Shown piece by piece: positions 9,733-20,716 of a DNA stretch of 64,000 nt. The position numbers were made by a program, and so were the translations under genes. Source of the stretch: an uncultured Candidatus Saccharibacteria bacterium (lineage in GTDB: Bacteria > Patescibacteriota > Minisyncoccia > Minisyncoccales > JANBVM01). Each line of letters opens with the position of its first letter. Within the stretch, counting starts at the first letter, position 1. The notes beneath the pieces were generated by a model. That model saw nothing but the letters and a program-made list of their open reading frames with translations. It ran no database searches and was not told the origin of the DNA. The stretch covers positions 3,742-67,741 of the forward strand of contig CAZEQH010000002.1 in NCBI GenBank assembly GCA_964514375.1, read 5' to 3'.

Positions 9733-9781
9733 AAAGGTTATTGTATTTTAAAGTCTTTCAGAGCAAAAGACAAACTAATCC

Positions 9782-10381
9782 TTACCATTTGAATAAAAAT
9801 TCATGATAGTCGTCTCCGTTAAAAACGCATTTTGTTTCCTCGCAGTTTACCCTTGATTTCACTACCATCTGCAGAACGCTGGTAAAATATCCTACCAAAT
9901 CCTGACAGTGAACTTTATGGATTTTGAAATTACTAAGCCTTAAAACTGCTCGCCTCTTTTGCTTGTCCGATTCCGTCACCTCTAAATCTCCTACGGTATA
10001 ATACTTCCTCCACATTTCAGGCACCACTTTCTCTACCCTGTCTAATGATACAAAGTGGCTTATAAAGAGCCGCATGATAAAAGATACCTTGGACTCAAAT
10101 TCCCCCATCTTTTCCATCATTTTTTCGTCGTACCCGAACATTCTTTTGGCGATGAGCTGGACGATTCCCACCAGGCCGATGGGATAGAATTCCATGGATT
10201 TCGCCTCCCTGAGCTTAAAGGGATAATCCAATCTTCTTAACTCCTCTTCTAATCTTTCCAGTCCCTTTTCTCCCTCCTGTTTAATTAGAAATTCAGCCTG
10301 GGTCTTGAAAGCGACCCCTCTGACTTTCCCCTTTATACGTATGAGTTCGTCAAATTCTTCTTTTGAAATTGGGCGGTCCAT
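9782..10381 (-). CDS. uncharacterized paralog family, member 3 of 9
   Basis: VRGVAFK, EGEKGLERLE, MEFYP, C-terminal NCEETKCVFNGDDYHEFLFKW. Confidence 0.7.
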   Translation of the reverse strand: MDRPISKEEFDELIRIKGKVRGVAFKTQAEFLIKQEGEKGLERLEEELRRLDYPFKLREAKSMEFYPIGLVGIVQLIAKRMFGYDEKMMEKMGEFESKVSFIMRLFISHFVSLDRVEKVVPEMWRKYYTVGDLEVTESDKQKRRAVLRLSNFKIHKVHCQDLVGYFTSVLQMVVKSRVNCEETKCVFNGDDYHEFLFKW

Positions 10382-10389
10382 AAGATTGC

Positions 10390-10653
10390 TTAATCTTCCG
10401 CAGAATCCTCCTCGTCTGTATCTTCATAATCTTGGCCGAAGTCAGAATCTATTTCCTTCTTTACCTCTTCGAATTCGTTTTCTATCTCTTTTAACCTTTC
10501 CTTGCTTTCCTTTATCAGGGCGGAGGCCTCCTTGACCTTTTTCAGCCCTTCTTCAATATCTATATCTTCCTGCGCCTCGAACCATTCAGCAATTTGGGAA
10601 AGTTTTTCCAAATTACGGCTCAGGCCCTGTTTCTCTCCTTTTTTATTAGGCAT
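10390..10653 (-). CDS. xseB: exodeoxyribonuclease VII small subunit
   Basis: 87 aa, LSRNLEKLSQIAEWFE ... EEGLKKVKEA helical core, acidic C-terminus. Lies immediately downstream of xseA. Confidence 0.75.
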   Translation of the reverse strand: MPNKKGEKQGLSRNLEKLSQIAEWFEAQEDIDIEEGLKKVKEASALIKESKERLKEIENEFEEVKKEIDSDFGQDYEDTDEEDSAED

Positions 10654-10654
10654 G

Positions 10655-11911
10655 TTATTTCGTTTTTTTAATTTTTCTTATATTTGACTCCAAGGTTCCG
10701 TCTGAAACTTGAACCTCAACATCTTCTCCCATTTTAACATTCTTTACGCTTTTGATAATCTTTCCGTTCATTCTTGCTATACTGTAGCCGATTTTGAGCT
10801 GTCGGGCCGGGTCATTTGATAGTATCATCCTCGAAAGATTATCGATTTTTTCCCGGCCCTCTTCCAAATTGCGGGAGAAAAACTTGGTCAGGGAGACATG
10901 AAAGGAGGCAAATTTCTCTCTCTTAATCTTCAATTCCCTCTTTATCCTTGAAATAAATACCGGCAGCAGACTCTCTGTTTTGCGATAAACCATCAGTATG
11001 GAAAGAAAAGCATTTTTTATGCCGTAGACAGATTTGAGCAGCTGATTTTTAGCCTTAGAAAGAACGCCTGAATAAAGCTCTATAATGTTCCCTTTGTAAT
11101 TCTCTATTTCAAATTTCGCTCTTTTCCAAGGTTCTGCTATAAGATTAGCTGCCGCCGTGGGGGTGGAAACTGCCTCGTCGGCCGCCAATGCTATCAGAGG
11201 AACGTCCTTGTCGTGGCCGATAGCAGCGATGACGGGTGTAGGAAAGGCAACCACCTCCCTGACTAGTCTTTCATTATTAAAGGCCATCAGAGATTCCAAG
11301 GAACCCCCTCCCCTCATAATTACCAAAACATCGATGTCGTATTTCTTAAAAGAAGAGATGCAGGCAAGCAAATCCCTGACTGCCTGCTGACCTTCCACTC
11401 TGGCATCCATCAGCATTATCTTGAATCCAAACTGTCCCAGATTATTTGTGAAGTCGTGGATAACAGCCCCTGTCTTCGAAGTAATTACCCCTATCCTCTG
11501 GATGTACTCGGGGAGAGATCTTTTCCTCTCTTTTTTAAAGACTCCCTCTTCTTCCAGCTTTTTCTTGAGTTCCTCGTACGCTTTTTTCAGTGCGCCTTCG
11601 CCCACCAGCTCCACGGAAGCAGTCTGGAAACTTAATCTTCCGCTTTTGGCATAGATGGAAGGGTATCCTGAAATAATTACCTCCAGACCTTCCTTTAACT
11701 CGATACCGAAGAGATTATAAGTGGAGCGCCACATGAAGCAGTTGAGCACACCATCGTCTTTATTGTCTTTCAGGGTAAAGAAAAGGTAACCTGACCTTAG
11801 GTTGAATTCGGTTACTTCTCCGACGATTCTGGCCTGAAATTTCTGCAGGCCTGAATTAACCAAATCGATATATTCGGCTACTGAAAGGGGCTCCCGGGAA
11901 TTATCATTCAT
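10655..11911 (-). CDS. xseA: exodeoxyribonuclease VII large subunit
   Basis: N-terminal OB fold (GEVTEFNLRSGYLFFTLKD), central catalytic region GHDKDVPLIALAADEAVSTPTAAA, C-terminal coiled coil. Confidence 0.85.
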   Translation of the reverse strand: MNDNSREPLSVAEYIDLVNSGLQKFQARIVGEVTEFNLRSGYLFFTLKDNKDDGVLNCFMWRSTYNLFGIELKEGLEVIISGYPSIYAKSGRLSFQTASVELVGEGALKKAYEELKKKLEEEGVFKKERKRSLPEYIQRIGVITSKTGAVIHDFTNNLGQFGFKIMLMDARVEGQQAVRDLLACISSFKKYDIDVLVIMRGGGSLESLMAFNNERLVREVVAFPTPVIAAIGHDKDVPLIALAADEAVSTPTAAANLIAEPWKRAKFEIENYKGNIIELYSGVLSKAKNQLLKSVYGIKNAFLSILMVYRKTESLLPVFISRIKRELKIKREKFASFHVSLTKFFSRNLEEGREKIDNLSRMILSNDPARQLKIGYSIARMNGKIIKSVKNVKMGEDVEVQVSDGTLESNIRKIKKTK

Positions 11912-11912
11912 T

Positions 11913-13064
11913 TTAATTTTTGTCTAGTTTAATCATTATTTTTTCTTTTTCCGGTATTGATATCTTCATCCGGTTGACCATTCTTTTTAGGAAATTGATG
12001 GTTTTATCATAGGTTTCCCTGTCTACCGGATAAGGGGTTTCATCTTTTCCTCCGAGGGCAAAAGAATATCTGGCAGGGTCTTCATAGGAAGGTTCGGCTC
12101 CGTATATCACTTCCGATACCAAACTTAAAGCCCTGATGGTTTTGGGGCCGATGCCCCTCATGGCAAGAAGTTTTTCGTAGCTTTCAGGATTCTGCTGGCA
12201 GGCCTTCCATAGTATTCTCTGCAGATACTTACTCTTCGAGAAGTCTTCCAGCAGTACGGGATGCCAGAAAAATTCCTTTTTCTCCAAATTCAGCATGGTA
12301 AGCTGTCTGTTCTTGTGTTTTAGGCTCAGCATCTGGGATAAATCAGAAGAGTGTTTCCTCAAAAGACGAATGTCTTTCATAAGTGAGTTATAGTTTCCCT
12401 GAACCAGTTCCGTGCTTATCTTCTGATTTTCTTTACTCTGCCTGGCCGTAAGGTTTAATGTTGGTGCCGCTCCTTGTGAGGTAATTCCGGTGTGGGGTTC
12501 ACAGACCAGGTCACTTACTTTTTTAGAGTACCAGTGGTAGCGCCGGGCTGTCTGGTTGGCGGCATTCATTCCCTGTTGGATAACAGACCAGCTTCCGTTT
12601 CTTGAAAAGAAGAAGCTATGGTGATAAATTTGAAACCCATCCTGGACCAGGGCGCTGTCAACCTTAGCCGCCATTTTAGAATTGTAAACAAGATTATCAA
12701 CCTTTCCTTCGGGCAGGCTTAAAACTTGACCCCACTGTTCTATCTCTCCGGGGGTTTTTCGGGAAGTCTTACCCTTGCCTCCGCATATAAAGATACCTAA
12801 ATTCTTCTCTTTCCCTCTCACGGCTTCCTTTAAGGCTGCCGTAAGGATAGTAGTGAGCCCAGAAGCATTCCAGTCAAAAGCCAGCACGGTTCCCAGAGAT
12901 TGAAACCAAACCGGGTCGGCTATCCGGGCTACGAATTCATCTGCGCCGTACTCTTCCACTATCACCCTTATCATCTCTTGTCCCAGCCTTTTCATCCTGT
13001 TGAAAAGCCAGGCAGGGCACTTTCCGTAATCAAGGCCGAAGGTGGCTATCCCCCTGTGTATCAT
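11913..13064 (-). CDS. DUF763-family protein
   Basis: N-terminus GIATFGLDYGKCPAWLFNRMKRLGQEMIRVIVEEYG ... DPVWFQSLGTVLAFDWNASGLTT is characteristic of DUF763. Confidence 0.55.
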   Translation of the reverse strand: MIHRGIATFGLDYGKCPAWLFNRMKRLGQEMIRVIVEEYGADEFVARIADPVWFQSLGTVLAFDWNASGLTTILTAALKEAVRGKEKNLGIFICGGKGKTSRKTPGEIEQWGQVLSLPEGKVDNLVYNSKMAAKVDSALVQDGFQIYHHSFFFSRNGSWSVIQQGMNAANQTARRYHWYSKKVSDLVCEPHTGITSQGAAPTLNLTARQSKENQKISTELVQGNYNSLMKDIRLLRKHSSDLSQMLSLKHKNRQLTMLNLEKKEFFWHPVLLEDFSKSKYLQRILWKACQQNPESYEKLLAMRGIGPKTIRALSLVSEVIYGAEPSYEDPARYSFALGGKDETPYPVDRETYDKTINFLKRMVNRMKISIPEKEKIMIKLDKN

Positions 13065-13083
13065 ATACTTGAATTATAGCAGA

Positions 13084-13110
13084 TAAAAAACTGAGAAAAA
13101 ATCTCAGTTT
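13084..13110 (-). terminator. intrinsic terminator after the FKBP gene
   Basis: ACTGAG-aaaaaat-CTCAGT hairpin with a T-tract on the minus strand. Confidence 0.5.
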
Positions 13111-13136
13111 CAGGGAGGATTTTATAAAAAATCAAA

Positions 13137-13577
13137 TTATTTCTGGACGTCCAGCAGCTCCACTTCAAAAATAAGGGTGGCATTGGGAGGAATGGGTCCT
13201 CCGGGCGTTCCCTGTTCTCCGTAAGCTAGTTGGGGCGGTATGGTGATCCTTCTCGTTTCCCCTACCTTCATACCCAGCAGTCCCTTATCCCATCCCTCTA
13301 TTACTTTGCCCTCGCCCAAGGTGAAGACAAAAGGAGTGCCTCTGTCCAGGCTGGAATCGAACTTGGTGCCGTCTTCAAGCCATCCGGTATAATCTACCGT
13401 TACCTGGTCTCCTGCGGCTGCAGCAGTTCCGGTTCCTTCGTTTATAATTTCGTTCTGTAAACTCTGCATATTTTCGTCAGCTCTCTTTTCTGGCCGGAGA
13501 CCCTGGAAGATAAGGTTCCCCACCAAGAAGAGAAGCAGTATAAAAATTAATATTATGAAGATATTTTTGGAACCCAT
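13137..13577 (-). CDS. FKBP-type peptidyl-prolyl cis-trans isomerase (N-terminal TM anchor)
   Basis: [21 protein letters not shown] ... [30 protein letters not shown]: canonical FKBP domain. Confidence 0.9.
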   Translation of the reverse strand: MGSKNIFIILIFILLLFLVGNLIFQGLRPEKRADENMQSLQNEIINEGTGTAAAAGDQVTVDYTGWLEDGTKFDSSLDRGTPFVFTLGEGKVIEGWDKGLLGMKVGETRRITIPPQLAYGEQGTPGGPIPPNATLIFEVELLDVQK

Positions 13578-13652
13578 AATATTCTTGAAATTATCTTTCT
13601 TTTACTTTACCAGGAAAATTTTTTTTGACAATTCGATTCGTTGAATTCCACA

Positions 13653-14252
13653 TTACTTATTCCCTTTCTCAAGATACAGCTGGTGGTATTCTTCGGCTCG
13701 ATAAAAGTCTGGGGCGGGTACTATCTCCGTTACTATGGGGTCCCTGAACCGGCCCGATTTCTCCAGTTCCTTTTTGGATTCTTCGGCCAGTCTCTTCTGT
13801 CCCTCGTTGTAGTAGAAAATGACCGAGCGGTACTGGCTGCCTACATCCGGACCCTGGCGGTTGGGCGTAGTGGGAATGTGGTTATTCCAGAAGACATCCA
13901 GTAGTTCACGGTAGGAAATGACCGTCGGGTCGAACCTGATGTGCACGGTTTCTGCATGCCCGGTATCACCGCCGCAAACCTGCTCGTAGCTGGGATTTTC
14001 CGGTCTGCCTCCCATATATCCCACCTCAGTAAATTCCACCCCCTTAACCTGTCTGAATGTTTCTTCCGCTCCCCAAAAACATCCCATGGCGAAGGCGGCC
14101 TCAGATAAATTCTTAGTATCTCTTTTTTGATTGTTCATATAATAAATGAAAGACAATCCTGCGATCAGAATTAAAAATATTAAGAGGATTATCTTTCTAT
14201 AATTGACTTTATGTTTTTCAGTCCCAGCTGATGACGAATTCATGACGATCAT
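13653..14252 (-). CDS. msrA: peptide methionine sulfoxide reductase MsrA (membrane-anchored form)
   Basis: Active-site GCFWG motif, EVGYMGG, C-terminal EYHQ. The N-terminal TM helix overlaps the upstream paralog by 35 nt; an alternative start at about 14138 removes the overlap. Confidence 0.85.
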   Translation of the reverse strand: MIVMNSSSAGTEKHKVNYRKIILLIFLILIAGLSFIYYMNNQKRDTKNLSEAAFAMGCFWGAEETFRQVKGVEFTEVGYMGGRPENPSYEQVCGGDTGHAETVHIRFDPTVISYRELLDVFWNNHIPTTPNRQGPDVGSQYRSVIFYYNEGQKRLAEESKKELEKSGRFRDPIVTEIVPAPDFYRAEEYHQLYLEKGNK

Positions 14253-14829
14253 CCCCTTTGAAGGTACATTTTATTTCTTTACATTCAACTTTCCTGGCTC
14301 CCATGGCAATCTTCACGAATCCGGAAAAAATACCTTCTATATAGGGACAGAAGACAGGGTCAACATCAAAACCTGTAAGGGTGGCGGTCAGGGTTTTCTT
14401 TTTTTCGTCTATCTTTTCAATATTCACCTTTCCTACGGTGACGAATTTATCCCAGAAGCTGGGCGCTTTATCAAAAAAAGTTTTCCTATCTATCAAGAAA
14501 GAACCTATAAAAAGCCTAAGTATGGCGGAAAACTTTGCCACGTTTCTACCCATATCTCTCATTTTATCATCAGACATATTCAGAGCCTTTTTGGCAGACA
14601 ACAGAAAGATAGCTCTAAGGCCGTTGGGATAAAACTCCATAGAGCTTATCTTTTCCAATTTCAAAGGGAAACCTAAGTCTTTCATTTCTTTTTCCATTTT
14701 TTCGATTCCTTCCCTTCCACTTTCTCTCATGATGAATTTGACGTCGGATTTCATTACTATTCCCCTTACCTTTCCCGGAGAATTTTCATATAATTTTTTG
14801 GCTTTTTCTTTTAAAATTATTTTTTCCAT
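14218..14829 (-). CDS. uncharacterized paralog family, member 4 of 9
   Basis: VRGIVMK, SGREGIEKME, MEFYP, C-terminal VECKEIKCTFKGDDRHEFVISWD. Confidence 0.7.
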   Translation of the reverse strand: MEKIILKEKAKKLYENSPGKVRGIVMKSDVKFIMRESGREGIEKMEKEMKDLGFPLKLEKISSMEFYPNGLRAIFLLSAKKALNMSDDKMRDMGRNVAKFSAILRLFIGSFLIDRKTFFDKAPSFWDKFVTVGKVNIEKIDEKKKTLTATLTGFDVDPVFCPYIEGIFSGFVKIAMGARKVECKEIKCTFKGDDRHEFVISWD

Positions 14830-14836
14830 AATTTTG

Positions 14837-15436
14837 TTACCATTTAATTAAAAATCTGTGGCAGTCCCCTCCTTTATGGATGCAGGTTATTTCCTCACAC
14901 GTCCCCTCGGATTTGATTATCATCTGGAGAGAGCTGAGGAGATAGCCCTTTAATATTTCGCAGTGGAGAGGATAAAAATAATAGTCGTCCAGCCTGAGTA
15001 TTATTTTGTGCTCTTCCGGAAGATATTGTTCAACGTTCAGGTTTCCAATAGAAAGATGTTTTCTCCAGAGTTTGGGAAGCTCTTTGAGAACCCTGTCTAT
15101 AGAGAAGAAATACTTAATGGCTATTCTTATGATCAGCGAAACCTTGGTGTGAAATTTGCCCATTTCTTGAAATTTTTCATTATCATAATGAAAAAGTCTT
15201 TGAATGGCCACCATCATAACTGCCAAGGTACCCAGGGGATAGAATTCCATAGGCCTCATTTTCGAAAACTTAAGAGGACAGCCCGCCTCGGCCATTGTTT
15301 TTTCCAGGAGCTTCAATCCCTCCTCCCCTTCTTCTTTTACAATAAAATCTGCATAACTCTTCATTCCTACCGCGCGTATTTCTCCCTTAAAATTCATTAG
15401 TCCAGCGGCTTCTTCCTTTGAAATTACCGTATTCAT
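14837..15436 (-). CDS. uncharacterized paralog family, member 5 of 9
   Basis: IRAVGMK, EGEEGLKLLE, MEFYPLG, C-terminal TCEEITCIHKGGDCHRFLIKW. Confidence 0.7.
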   Translation of the reverse strand: MNTVISKEEAAGLMNFKGEIRAVGMKSYADFIVKEEGEEGLKLLEKTMAEAGCPLKFSKMRPMEFYPLGTLAVMMVAIQRLFHYDNEKFQEMGKFHTKVSLIIRIAIKYFFSIDRVLKELPKLWRKHLSIGNLNVEQYLPEEHKIILRLDDYYFYPLHCEILKGYLLSSLQMIIKSEGTCEEITCIHKGGDCHRFLIKW

Positions 15437-15502
15437 AGATTTATATGGTTCACATTAGCAAAATCGTCCTGCTATGTTATTTTATCATAATGAATTTTAT
15501 TG

Positions 15503-15530
15503 AAAAAGGCGCCTCGAAGGCGCCTTTTGG
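15503..15530. terminator. bidirectional intrinsic terminator
   Basis: AAAAA-GGCGCC-tcgaa-GGCGCC-TTTT: perfect 6-bp GC stem flanked by A- and T-tracts between two minus-strand genes. Confidence 0.6.
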
Positions 15531-15550
15531 TTTATGTTAAGACAAATAGT

Positions 15551-16060
15551 TTAGGGTTGAAAAAGAGAATCCGGCCGAAGCACTACCTGATCTACCTGAG
15601 AAAATTGTCCTGCGGTCTTTGTAATCTCGCTGGAGAGAATACCTACCCGGCAGGAGCCTCCGGTAGTAAACCCCGGTACTTCCGTGAAAGTGAGCGTGAG
15701 AATTCCATTTTCCAGATTAGATGACAGCAGGGTGAAGCCTTCATGAGGAAATTCGGTTGAAAATCCTTCCCCCTTTTCCTCTTCTGTTAGATTGCCCGAA
15801 ATCAGCAACCTGATAGTATCATCAACGAGTTTATCGGATTCTATCGTTCTGAATACTGGTAATACTGCGTCGGAACTGCATCCTATTTCTCCTCCGTTCA
15901 ATTCCTTGTCTTCGTCTTCATTATAATAATAAAGCATTACCTTCTGGGTTTCTGAGGTAAAATTTAAAGGAATAAGTTGTGACCGATGACATTGGCAAAA
16001 AACAACCCCTGCTGCTGCGACCATAATGGCTGCGATTATTACGATATCTCGTTTTGGCAT
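15551..16060 (-). CDS. GerMN-domain lipoprotein/membrane protein
   Basis: N-terminal TM/lipobox-like IAAIMVAAAGVVFC, then a GerMN-like LLISGNLTEEEKGEGFSTEFP ... LTLTF block. Confidence 0.5.
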   Translation of the reverse strand: MPKRDIVIIAAIMVAAAGVVFCQCHRSQLIPLNFTSETQKVMLYYYNEDEDKELNGGEIGCSSDAVLPVFRTIESDKLVDDTIRLLISGNLTEEEKGEGFSTEFPHEGFTLLSSNLENGILTLTFTEVPGFTTGGSCRVGILSSEITKTAGQFSQVDQVVLRPDSLFQP

Positions 16061-16171
16061 AATATTTGGAAATTTTGTATTCCTCCGGATGACCTTTGTC
16101 TATTAATTCTAAACAAAAGACATTGATAAAATCAAGAAGACTTGAAAAGGAAAGTTAAAAAAGAAAATTTC

Positions 16172-16588
16172 TTATCCTTTGGTTTCCCTGGAAATTATTC
16201 CCCAATGGTAAAGATATAAGGGAAGGCCGACGGCCATTAAAGCCAGGTTGAGCGAGGCATCTCTTTGTCTTCTGCTTTCTAAATAATTTACCTTAGAGAC
16301 GCTGTCCTGCCAGGCTTGATAATCTGCCAGCCAATTTTGTATAAGCTGTTTTTCTTCGGAAGACAGCCCTTCTTCGTTCTGGAGCCCCTCAACCTTTTCG
16401 ATGGAATAAGGCATGGGAGGCTGTCCATAGGCAAGCCGCTGTTCTTCCTCCGCCTTCGTGAAAACAAAGGCCTTAAGTCCCATATTAATGAATCCCACTC
16501 CCCCGATGATAAGAAGCACCAGGCCCAGCAGGGCGAATATGTAGAGATAAATCGTACGCACTAGCGAGTGCTGTTTTTCTGTTGCCAT
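16172..16588 (-). CDS. hypothetical membrane protein (2 TM)
   Basis: One hydrophobic helix at each end; no motif recognised. Confidence 0.45.
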   Translation of the reverse strand: MATEKQHSLVRTIYLYIFALLGLVLLIIGGVGFINMGLKAFVFTKAEEEQRLAYGQPPMPYSIEKVEGLQNEEGLSSEEKQLIQNWLADYQAWQDSVSKVNYLESRRQRDASLNLALMAVGLPLYLYHWGIISRETKG

Positions 16589-16936
16589 AAGTTTGAATGG
16601 TTTATTTATTTGAAGTTAAGACCTTGGAAAGTATGTGTTTTGCATTATAACCTTTTCATTCATAAAAAGACAGCTTATTTAAAAAAATAGGGCGAGATTA
16701 TTCTCTACCCTTTGAGTTATTATGGAAATTATTTTTTCTTATGGTTATTAAGAATTTTTCCAATTTCCTCAATCCCCTTTTTCATTTCTTCTTCTATTAT
16801 TTCATTCTTTTTCTTCGATTCTTTATCAATATCGAAATTTGAGAATAACTCCATAATAATCATAATTATAAATTACTTACCGATATTTGTCAATTAAAAC
16901 AACGGTAAGATTGCACCGATAACATAGGAATCTGAC

Positions 16937-18163
16937 TTATTCATATCTTAAGGCCTCTATAGGATTGAGAGCGGCAGCTCTTCTGGCTGGATAATATCCG
17001 AAGCCAATTCCCACCGCCGCCGAAACTCCAAAAGCCAGCACTATTGATAGGAAAGAAACATTGGTTTCTATTTGGGTGAATTTTGCTATCACGGAGGCGA
17101 TAGTCATTCCCAAGACTATGCCTATAATGCCTCCTATGACGGTAAGCATTACAGATTCTGCTAAAAACTGACGGCTGATATCTTCCTTTTTGGCGCCGAT
17201 AGCTTTGCGCAGCCCTATTTCACGCGTACGCTCGGTAACTGTAGTCAGCATCATGTTCATTATGCCTATGCCGCCGACTATGAGAGATATTCCGCCAACC
17301 GCTCCCAGAAAAACCGTAAAAGTATTAGTGACGGATGTTAAGGTGGCTAGGATGTCGGCCTGGTTCAATATTTGAAAGTCGGCCATCTCGGGGTCGGAGA
17401 TATTGTGGCTGGCCAGCAAGATTGCGGTAGTCTGTTCCTGAGCTGATGCCATGAGCTTCTCACTGCTTATTTGGATGTTGATTGAGCTCAGGTAATCGTC
17501 ACCTGACAAGAAGAGCTGGGCAGTGGAAATAGGAATAAATACGATATCGTCTTGGCTCATGAATCCCGTGGTTCCTTTGGACTTCGTAACACCTATAACG
17601 GTAAAGTCTATCTTATTTATTCTGATTTTTTGACCTACGGGGTTAATATTTTCACCGAATAAGTCGTCGCGGGCAGTGGGGCCCAGAACAGCCACCTTTG
17701 ACGAGGTTCTGACGTTCTGTTCTGAAAGGAAGGTACCTGTTTCCATTTCAAAATTCTTAATTTGGGCGTAGGAAAGAGTGGTGCCGACAACCGAAGTATT
17801 GGTATTGGTTCCTTTGGCGGTAATCTGGTATCTCCGGGAGATTTCAGGTGCAATTAATTCTGCCGAAGGAACGCTTTGGGCAATTTTGTCCGCATCGCCA
17901 AGAGTGAGGGTCTGGGCGGTGCCGAAGCCGCTGCTTACCTGTCTTCCCGTCCCGCTCATCTGAGCCCCGGGGTAAACGACCAGCAGGTTCGAGCCGATTG
18001 ATTGAATGCTTTGCTCAATCGAGAGTTGTGCTCCCTGGCCTATGGAAATCATGGCAATTACAGAGCCAATGCCAATTACAATGCCGAGGATGGTTAATCC
18101 AGACCTGGCCTTGTTCATGGTGAGCGCAAAGAATGTTTCCTGTAATAAATCGGAGATTTTCAT
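16937..18163 (-). CDS. ABC transporter permease, FtsX/MacB-type
   Basis: N-terminal TM, large periplasmic loop, three C-terminal TM helices (FtsX-like); C-terminal ALRYE. Confidence 0.8.
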   Translation of the reverse strand: MKISDLLQETFFALTMNKARSGLTILGIVIGIGSVIAMISIGQGAQLSIEQSIQSIGSNLLVVYPGAQMSGTGRQVSSGFGTAQTLTLGDADKIAQSVPSAELIAPEISRRYQITAKGTNTNTSVVGTTLSYAQIKNFEMETGTFLSEQNVRTSSKVAVLGPTARDDLFGENINPVGQKIRINKIDFTVIGVTKSKGTTGFMSQDDIVFIPISTAQLFLSGDDYLSSINIQISSEKLMASAQEQTTAILLASHNISDPEMADFQILNQADILATLTSVTNTFTVFLGAVGGISLIVGGIGIMNMMLTTVTERTREIGLRKAIGAKKEDISRQFLAESVMLTVIGGIIGIVLGMTIASVIAKFTQIETNVSFLSIVLAFGVSAAVGIGFGYYPARRAAALNPIEALRYE

Positions 18164-18873
18164 GCTTTTTCGTGGTTTGATAGGCGCTGATTATGGTTTA
18201 GGCCGTCTTCCACTATAGTGCCGTCAAGTATATTAATTATCCTATGGGCATGCTCTGCAATATAACGCTCATGGGTGATGAGTATAATGGTACGCCCTTG
18301 TTCTTCGTTAAGTTTCTGGAATGTTTTCAGAACGATTCTTCCCGTCTTGGAGTCTAAATTTCCGGTAGGTTCATCTGCCAGGATAAGAGAGGGATTGTTA
18401 ACCAGGGCTCGGGCTATGGCAACTCTCTGTCTCTCACCTCCCGAAAGCTGGTTGGATAAATGTTTAAACCTTTCTTCGTTGAGACCGGAACTTTTCAAGG
18501 CTTCCCTTACTCTCTTTTCTCTCTCTTCCTGTGGAATATCGGAATAGACGAGGGGTAGAGCGACGTTCCTCAAAACCGTAGTACGCGGAAGTAGATTAAA
18601 TGATTGGAAAACAAACCCGATTTTATGTTTTCTTGTCTCCGCTAATTCTTCATCCGATAATTCGGAAACGTCTTTTTTTTCCAGAAAATAATGGCCGGAA
18701 GTAGGCGTATCTAGGCACCCCAGTATATGCATGAGGGTTGATTTTCCCGAACCGGAAGGCCCCATGATGGCTACAAATTCCCCTCTTTCAATGTTAAAGG
18801 ACACGCCGCGAAGCGCCGTGGTCTCCATATCTCCGGTTTTATATGTTTTGGTTATCTCCTTAACTCTTATCAT
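18160..18873 (-). CDS. ABC transporter ATP-binding protein (MacB/LolD-like)
   Basis: Walker [10 protein letters not shown], signature [15 protein letters not shown], Walker [12 protein letters not shown]. Start trimmed to [12 protein letters not shown]. Confidence 0.85.
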   Translation of the reverse strand: MIRVKEITKTYKTGDMETTALRGVSFNIERGEFVAIMGPSGSGKSTLMHILGCLDTPTSGHYFLEKKDVSELSDEELAETRKHKIGFVFQSFNLLPRTTVLRNVALPLVYSDIPQEEREKRVREALKSSGLNEERFKHLSNQLSGGERQRVAIARALVNNPSLILADEPTGNLDSKTGRIVLKTFQKLNEEQGRTIILITHERYIAEHAHRIINILDGTIVEDGLNHNQRLSNHEKA

Positions 18874-18880
18874 AGTTAAC

Positions 18881-20716
18881 TTATCTGGAAATCTGTCTGA
18901 TCGCTCGAAAGGAGTCTGTGCCGCCTGTGGGTACACTGCCGCCCACCCCGGCTCTAAATGTAGGGGTATTGCCTAAAGTGTTCGTGGAGCTATTGCCTGA
19001 GGAATTTATTGTTTGTGTAACAACCTTCTCCCCTTCTTGGAGGCCGCCGGTCACTTCAGTCATGGTGTCATTGGAAAGGCCGAGTTCAACGGGTTGAGGA
19101 GTGATAGTTCCGTCATTATTTATAACCTCCACGTAATTTAAGTTCCCCTGATATTTGATGGAGGAATTGGGCAGCGTCAGAACGTCTTGTTTCTGGTTTG
19201 TGATTATGGAGGCTGAAACGCTCATGCCGGGTTTTACCCGTTCATCCTGCGTATCAAACGAAATTTTCGCGTTATATGTTACTACTCCCTGGCTCTCCGT
19301 GCCTAATATATCAACTTCCGCTACCTCTCCCCTAATCATCAGGTTTTCAATAGCGTCAAAGGTTAAAGTGGCTTTTTGGCCCGTTTTAACATCTACTGCA
19401 TCTATTTCGTTGAGCGTTATTTCGGCTACTTTCTGCTGGGAAAGCAGGGTGGCTACCGCTGAATTTACGGATACGCTTTCACCTTTTTCGACGCTTAAGT
19501 CCGTAATTACGCCTTCAAAAGGAGCGCGCAGGTAATGGTCGGCCAGCGCTTGCTGGGCATCGGCTAAGGCATCTTCCTTTTGCTGGATACTGATATTCTG
19601 GGCCCTTATCGTAAGGCTGTCCGCGCCTTCTTTAAGCTTTTTAAGAGATAACTTCAGTTCTTCTATTGAGCGTTGGGCGCTGAGCAGACTGTCTTTACTG
19701 TTCTTTATGGAATCCTGAGAAGACATAATGGAAGAAAGGTCTCCGTTAACGGTTGAGGTATAGGATTTAAGGTTTGACTGGTAAGCGGTTACCTGGGGAT
19801 ATATGCGCAGGTCTTTTTGGGAACGGTAGTCTGTCCAATAATCCATTACATTAATTTCACTCTTTATAGTTTCTGAGATGGATTTGGCGGTTTCCAGAGT
19901 TTCATCCAGCAAATCATCAATGGTTTCCTGGCTGGAGTACCGACTGGAATTTTTGTAATCGGAAAAATTTTTATCGTATTTCTCCTTGGCATCAGCGTAA
20001 TTATCTTCGGCATTTTTGGTAAGCTTATCCAAACCGTGGCGCTCGTCAAAATCAGAAGGAGAAATAGAATTTTTGAGGGCTGCCGTATTCCAACTTTGGG
20101 AGAGAGCGGGCTCGGAATCCGATATTTCGGTGCCGTAAAGAATATCTCTGACTTCTGAGATTATATTGGGAAAGTCCAGAAAGGAATTTGCTATAGCAGT
20201 GAAGGCGTTTTCGTAAGCGCTGCCAATGTTATCTTCGGCTTTACGTTCCGTTTCCTGAGCCTGAGCCAGATTATTTTCCGCTTTCAGCAGGTCGAGCTCG
20301 TCAGGCGGCGCTATCAGTTCTTCCAATTCTAGTTTGGCGGTTTCGAGAGCGGTCTGGGCGTCGCGCACGGATTTTACAGCATCGGCAGTATCAATGGTTG
20401 CAATGACCGCATCTTTCTTGATTTCCTGTCCGTCTTCTGCACTGACAGAAGTTATATCTCCGGAAACCTTAGATTTAATATCTATTTGATTGGAAGCTGA
20501 TACCTGTCCGTTTCCGGAGATAGAGGTAATTAGAGCCCCCTTTCTTACCTCAGCGGTAAGGTAACTTACCGCTTCTCCATCCTTATTTACGGCTTTATAT
20601 ACGGAATATCCTCCCCCCACTACTACAAAAATCAGTAAGCCGATGCCTACTTTATTTTTCCTCACCCTCTCCCAAATTTTTATTTTCATGAAATTATTTA
20701 TTTTTAGGGTTGGCAA
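18881..20716 (-). CDS. efflux periplasmic adaptor (HlyD/MacA-like membrane fusion protein), long form
   Basis: N-terminal TM, long coiled coils, beta-barrel/lipoyl-like segments (VKPGMSVSA ... ). Forms an operon with the ABC ATPase and permease. Confidence 0.65.
   Translation of the reverse strand: MPTLKINNFMKIKIWERVRKNKVGIGLLIFVVVGGGYSVYKAVNKDGEAVSYLTAEVRKGALITSISGNGQVSASNQIDIKSKVSGDITSVSAEDGQEIKKDAVIATIDTADAVKSVRDAQTALETAKLELEELIAPPDELDLLKAENNLAQAQETERKAEDNIGSAYENAFTAIANSFLDFPNIISEVRDILYGTEISDSEPALSQSWNTAALKNSISPSDFDERHGLDKLTKNAEDNYADAKEKYDKNFSDYKNSSRYSSQETIDDLLDETLETAKSISETIKSEINVMDYWTDYRSQKDLRIYPQVTAYQSNLKSYTSTVNGDLSSIMSSQDSIKNSKDSLLSAQRSIEELKLSLKKLKEGADSLTIRAQNISIQQKEDALADAQQALADHYLRAPFEGVITDLSVEKGESVSVNSAVATLLSQQKVAEITLNEIDAVDVKTGQKATLTFDAIENLMIRGEVAEVDILGTESQGVVTYNAKISFDTQDERVKPGMSVSASIITNQKQDVLTLPNSSIKYQGNLNYVEVINNDGTITPQPVELGLSNDTMTEVTGGLQEGEKVVTQTINSSGNSSTNTLGNTPTFRAGVGGSVPTGGTDSFRAIRQISR

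Noticed and set aside
16712-16897. 61-aa plus-strand ORF in the AT-rich spacer
   Set aside because: Extreme low complexity (poly-Ile/Phe/Ser runs) consistent with AT-rich non-coding DNA. A more protein-like 41-aa frame exists on the opposite strand.
19155-19535. Numerous 60-170-aa ORFs antisense to or nested within long genes
   Set aside because: This ORF and many like it across the window (1527-1814, 3476-3817, 5183-5680, 7544-7975, 35851-36195, 42653-43006 and others) lie fully inside well-supported genes on the other strand or frame. They have biased, low-complexity composition and no motifs, so they are treated as shadow ORFs.
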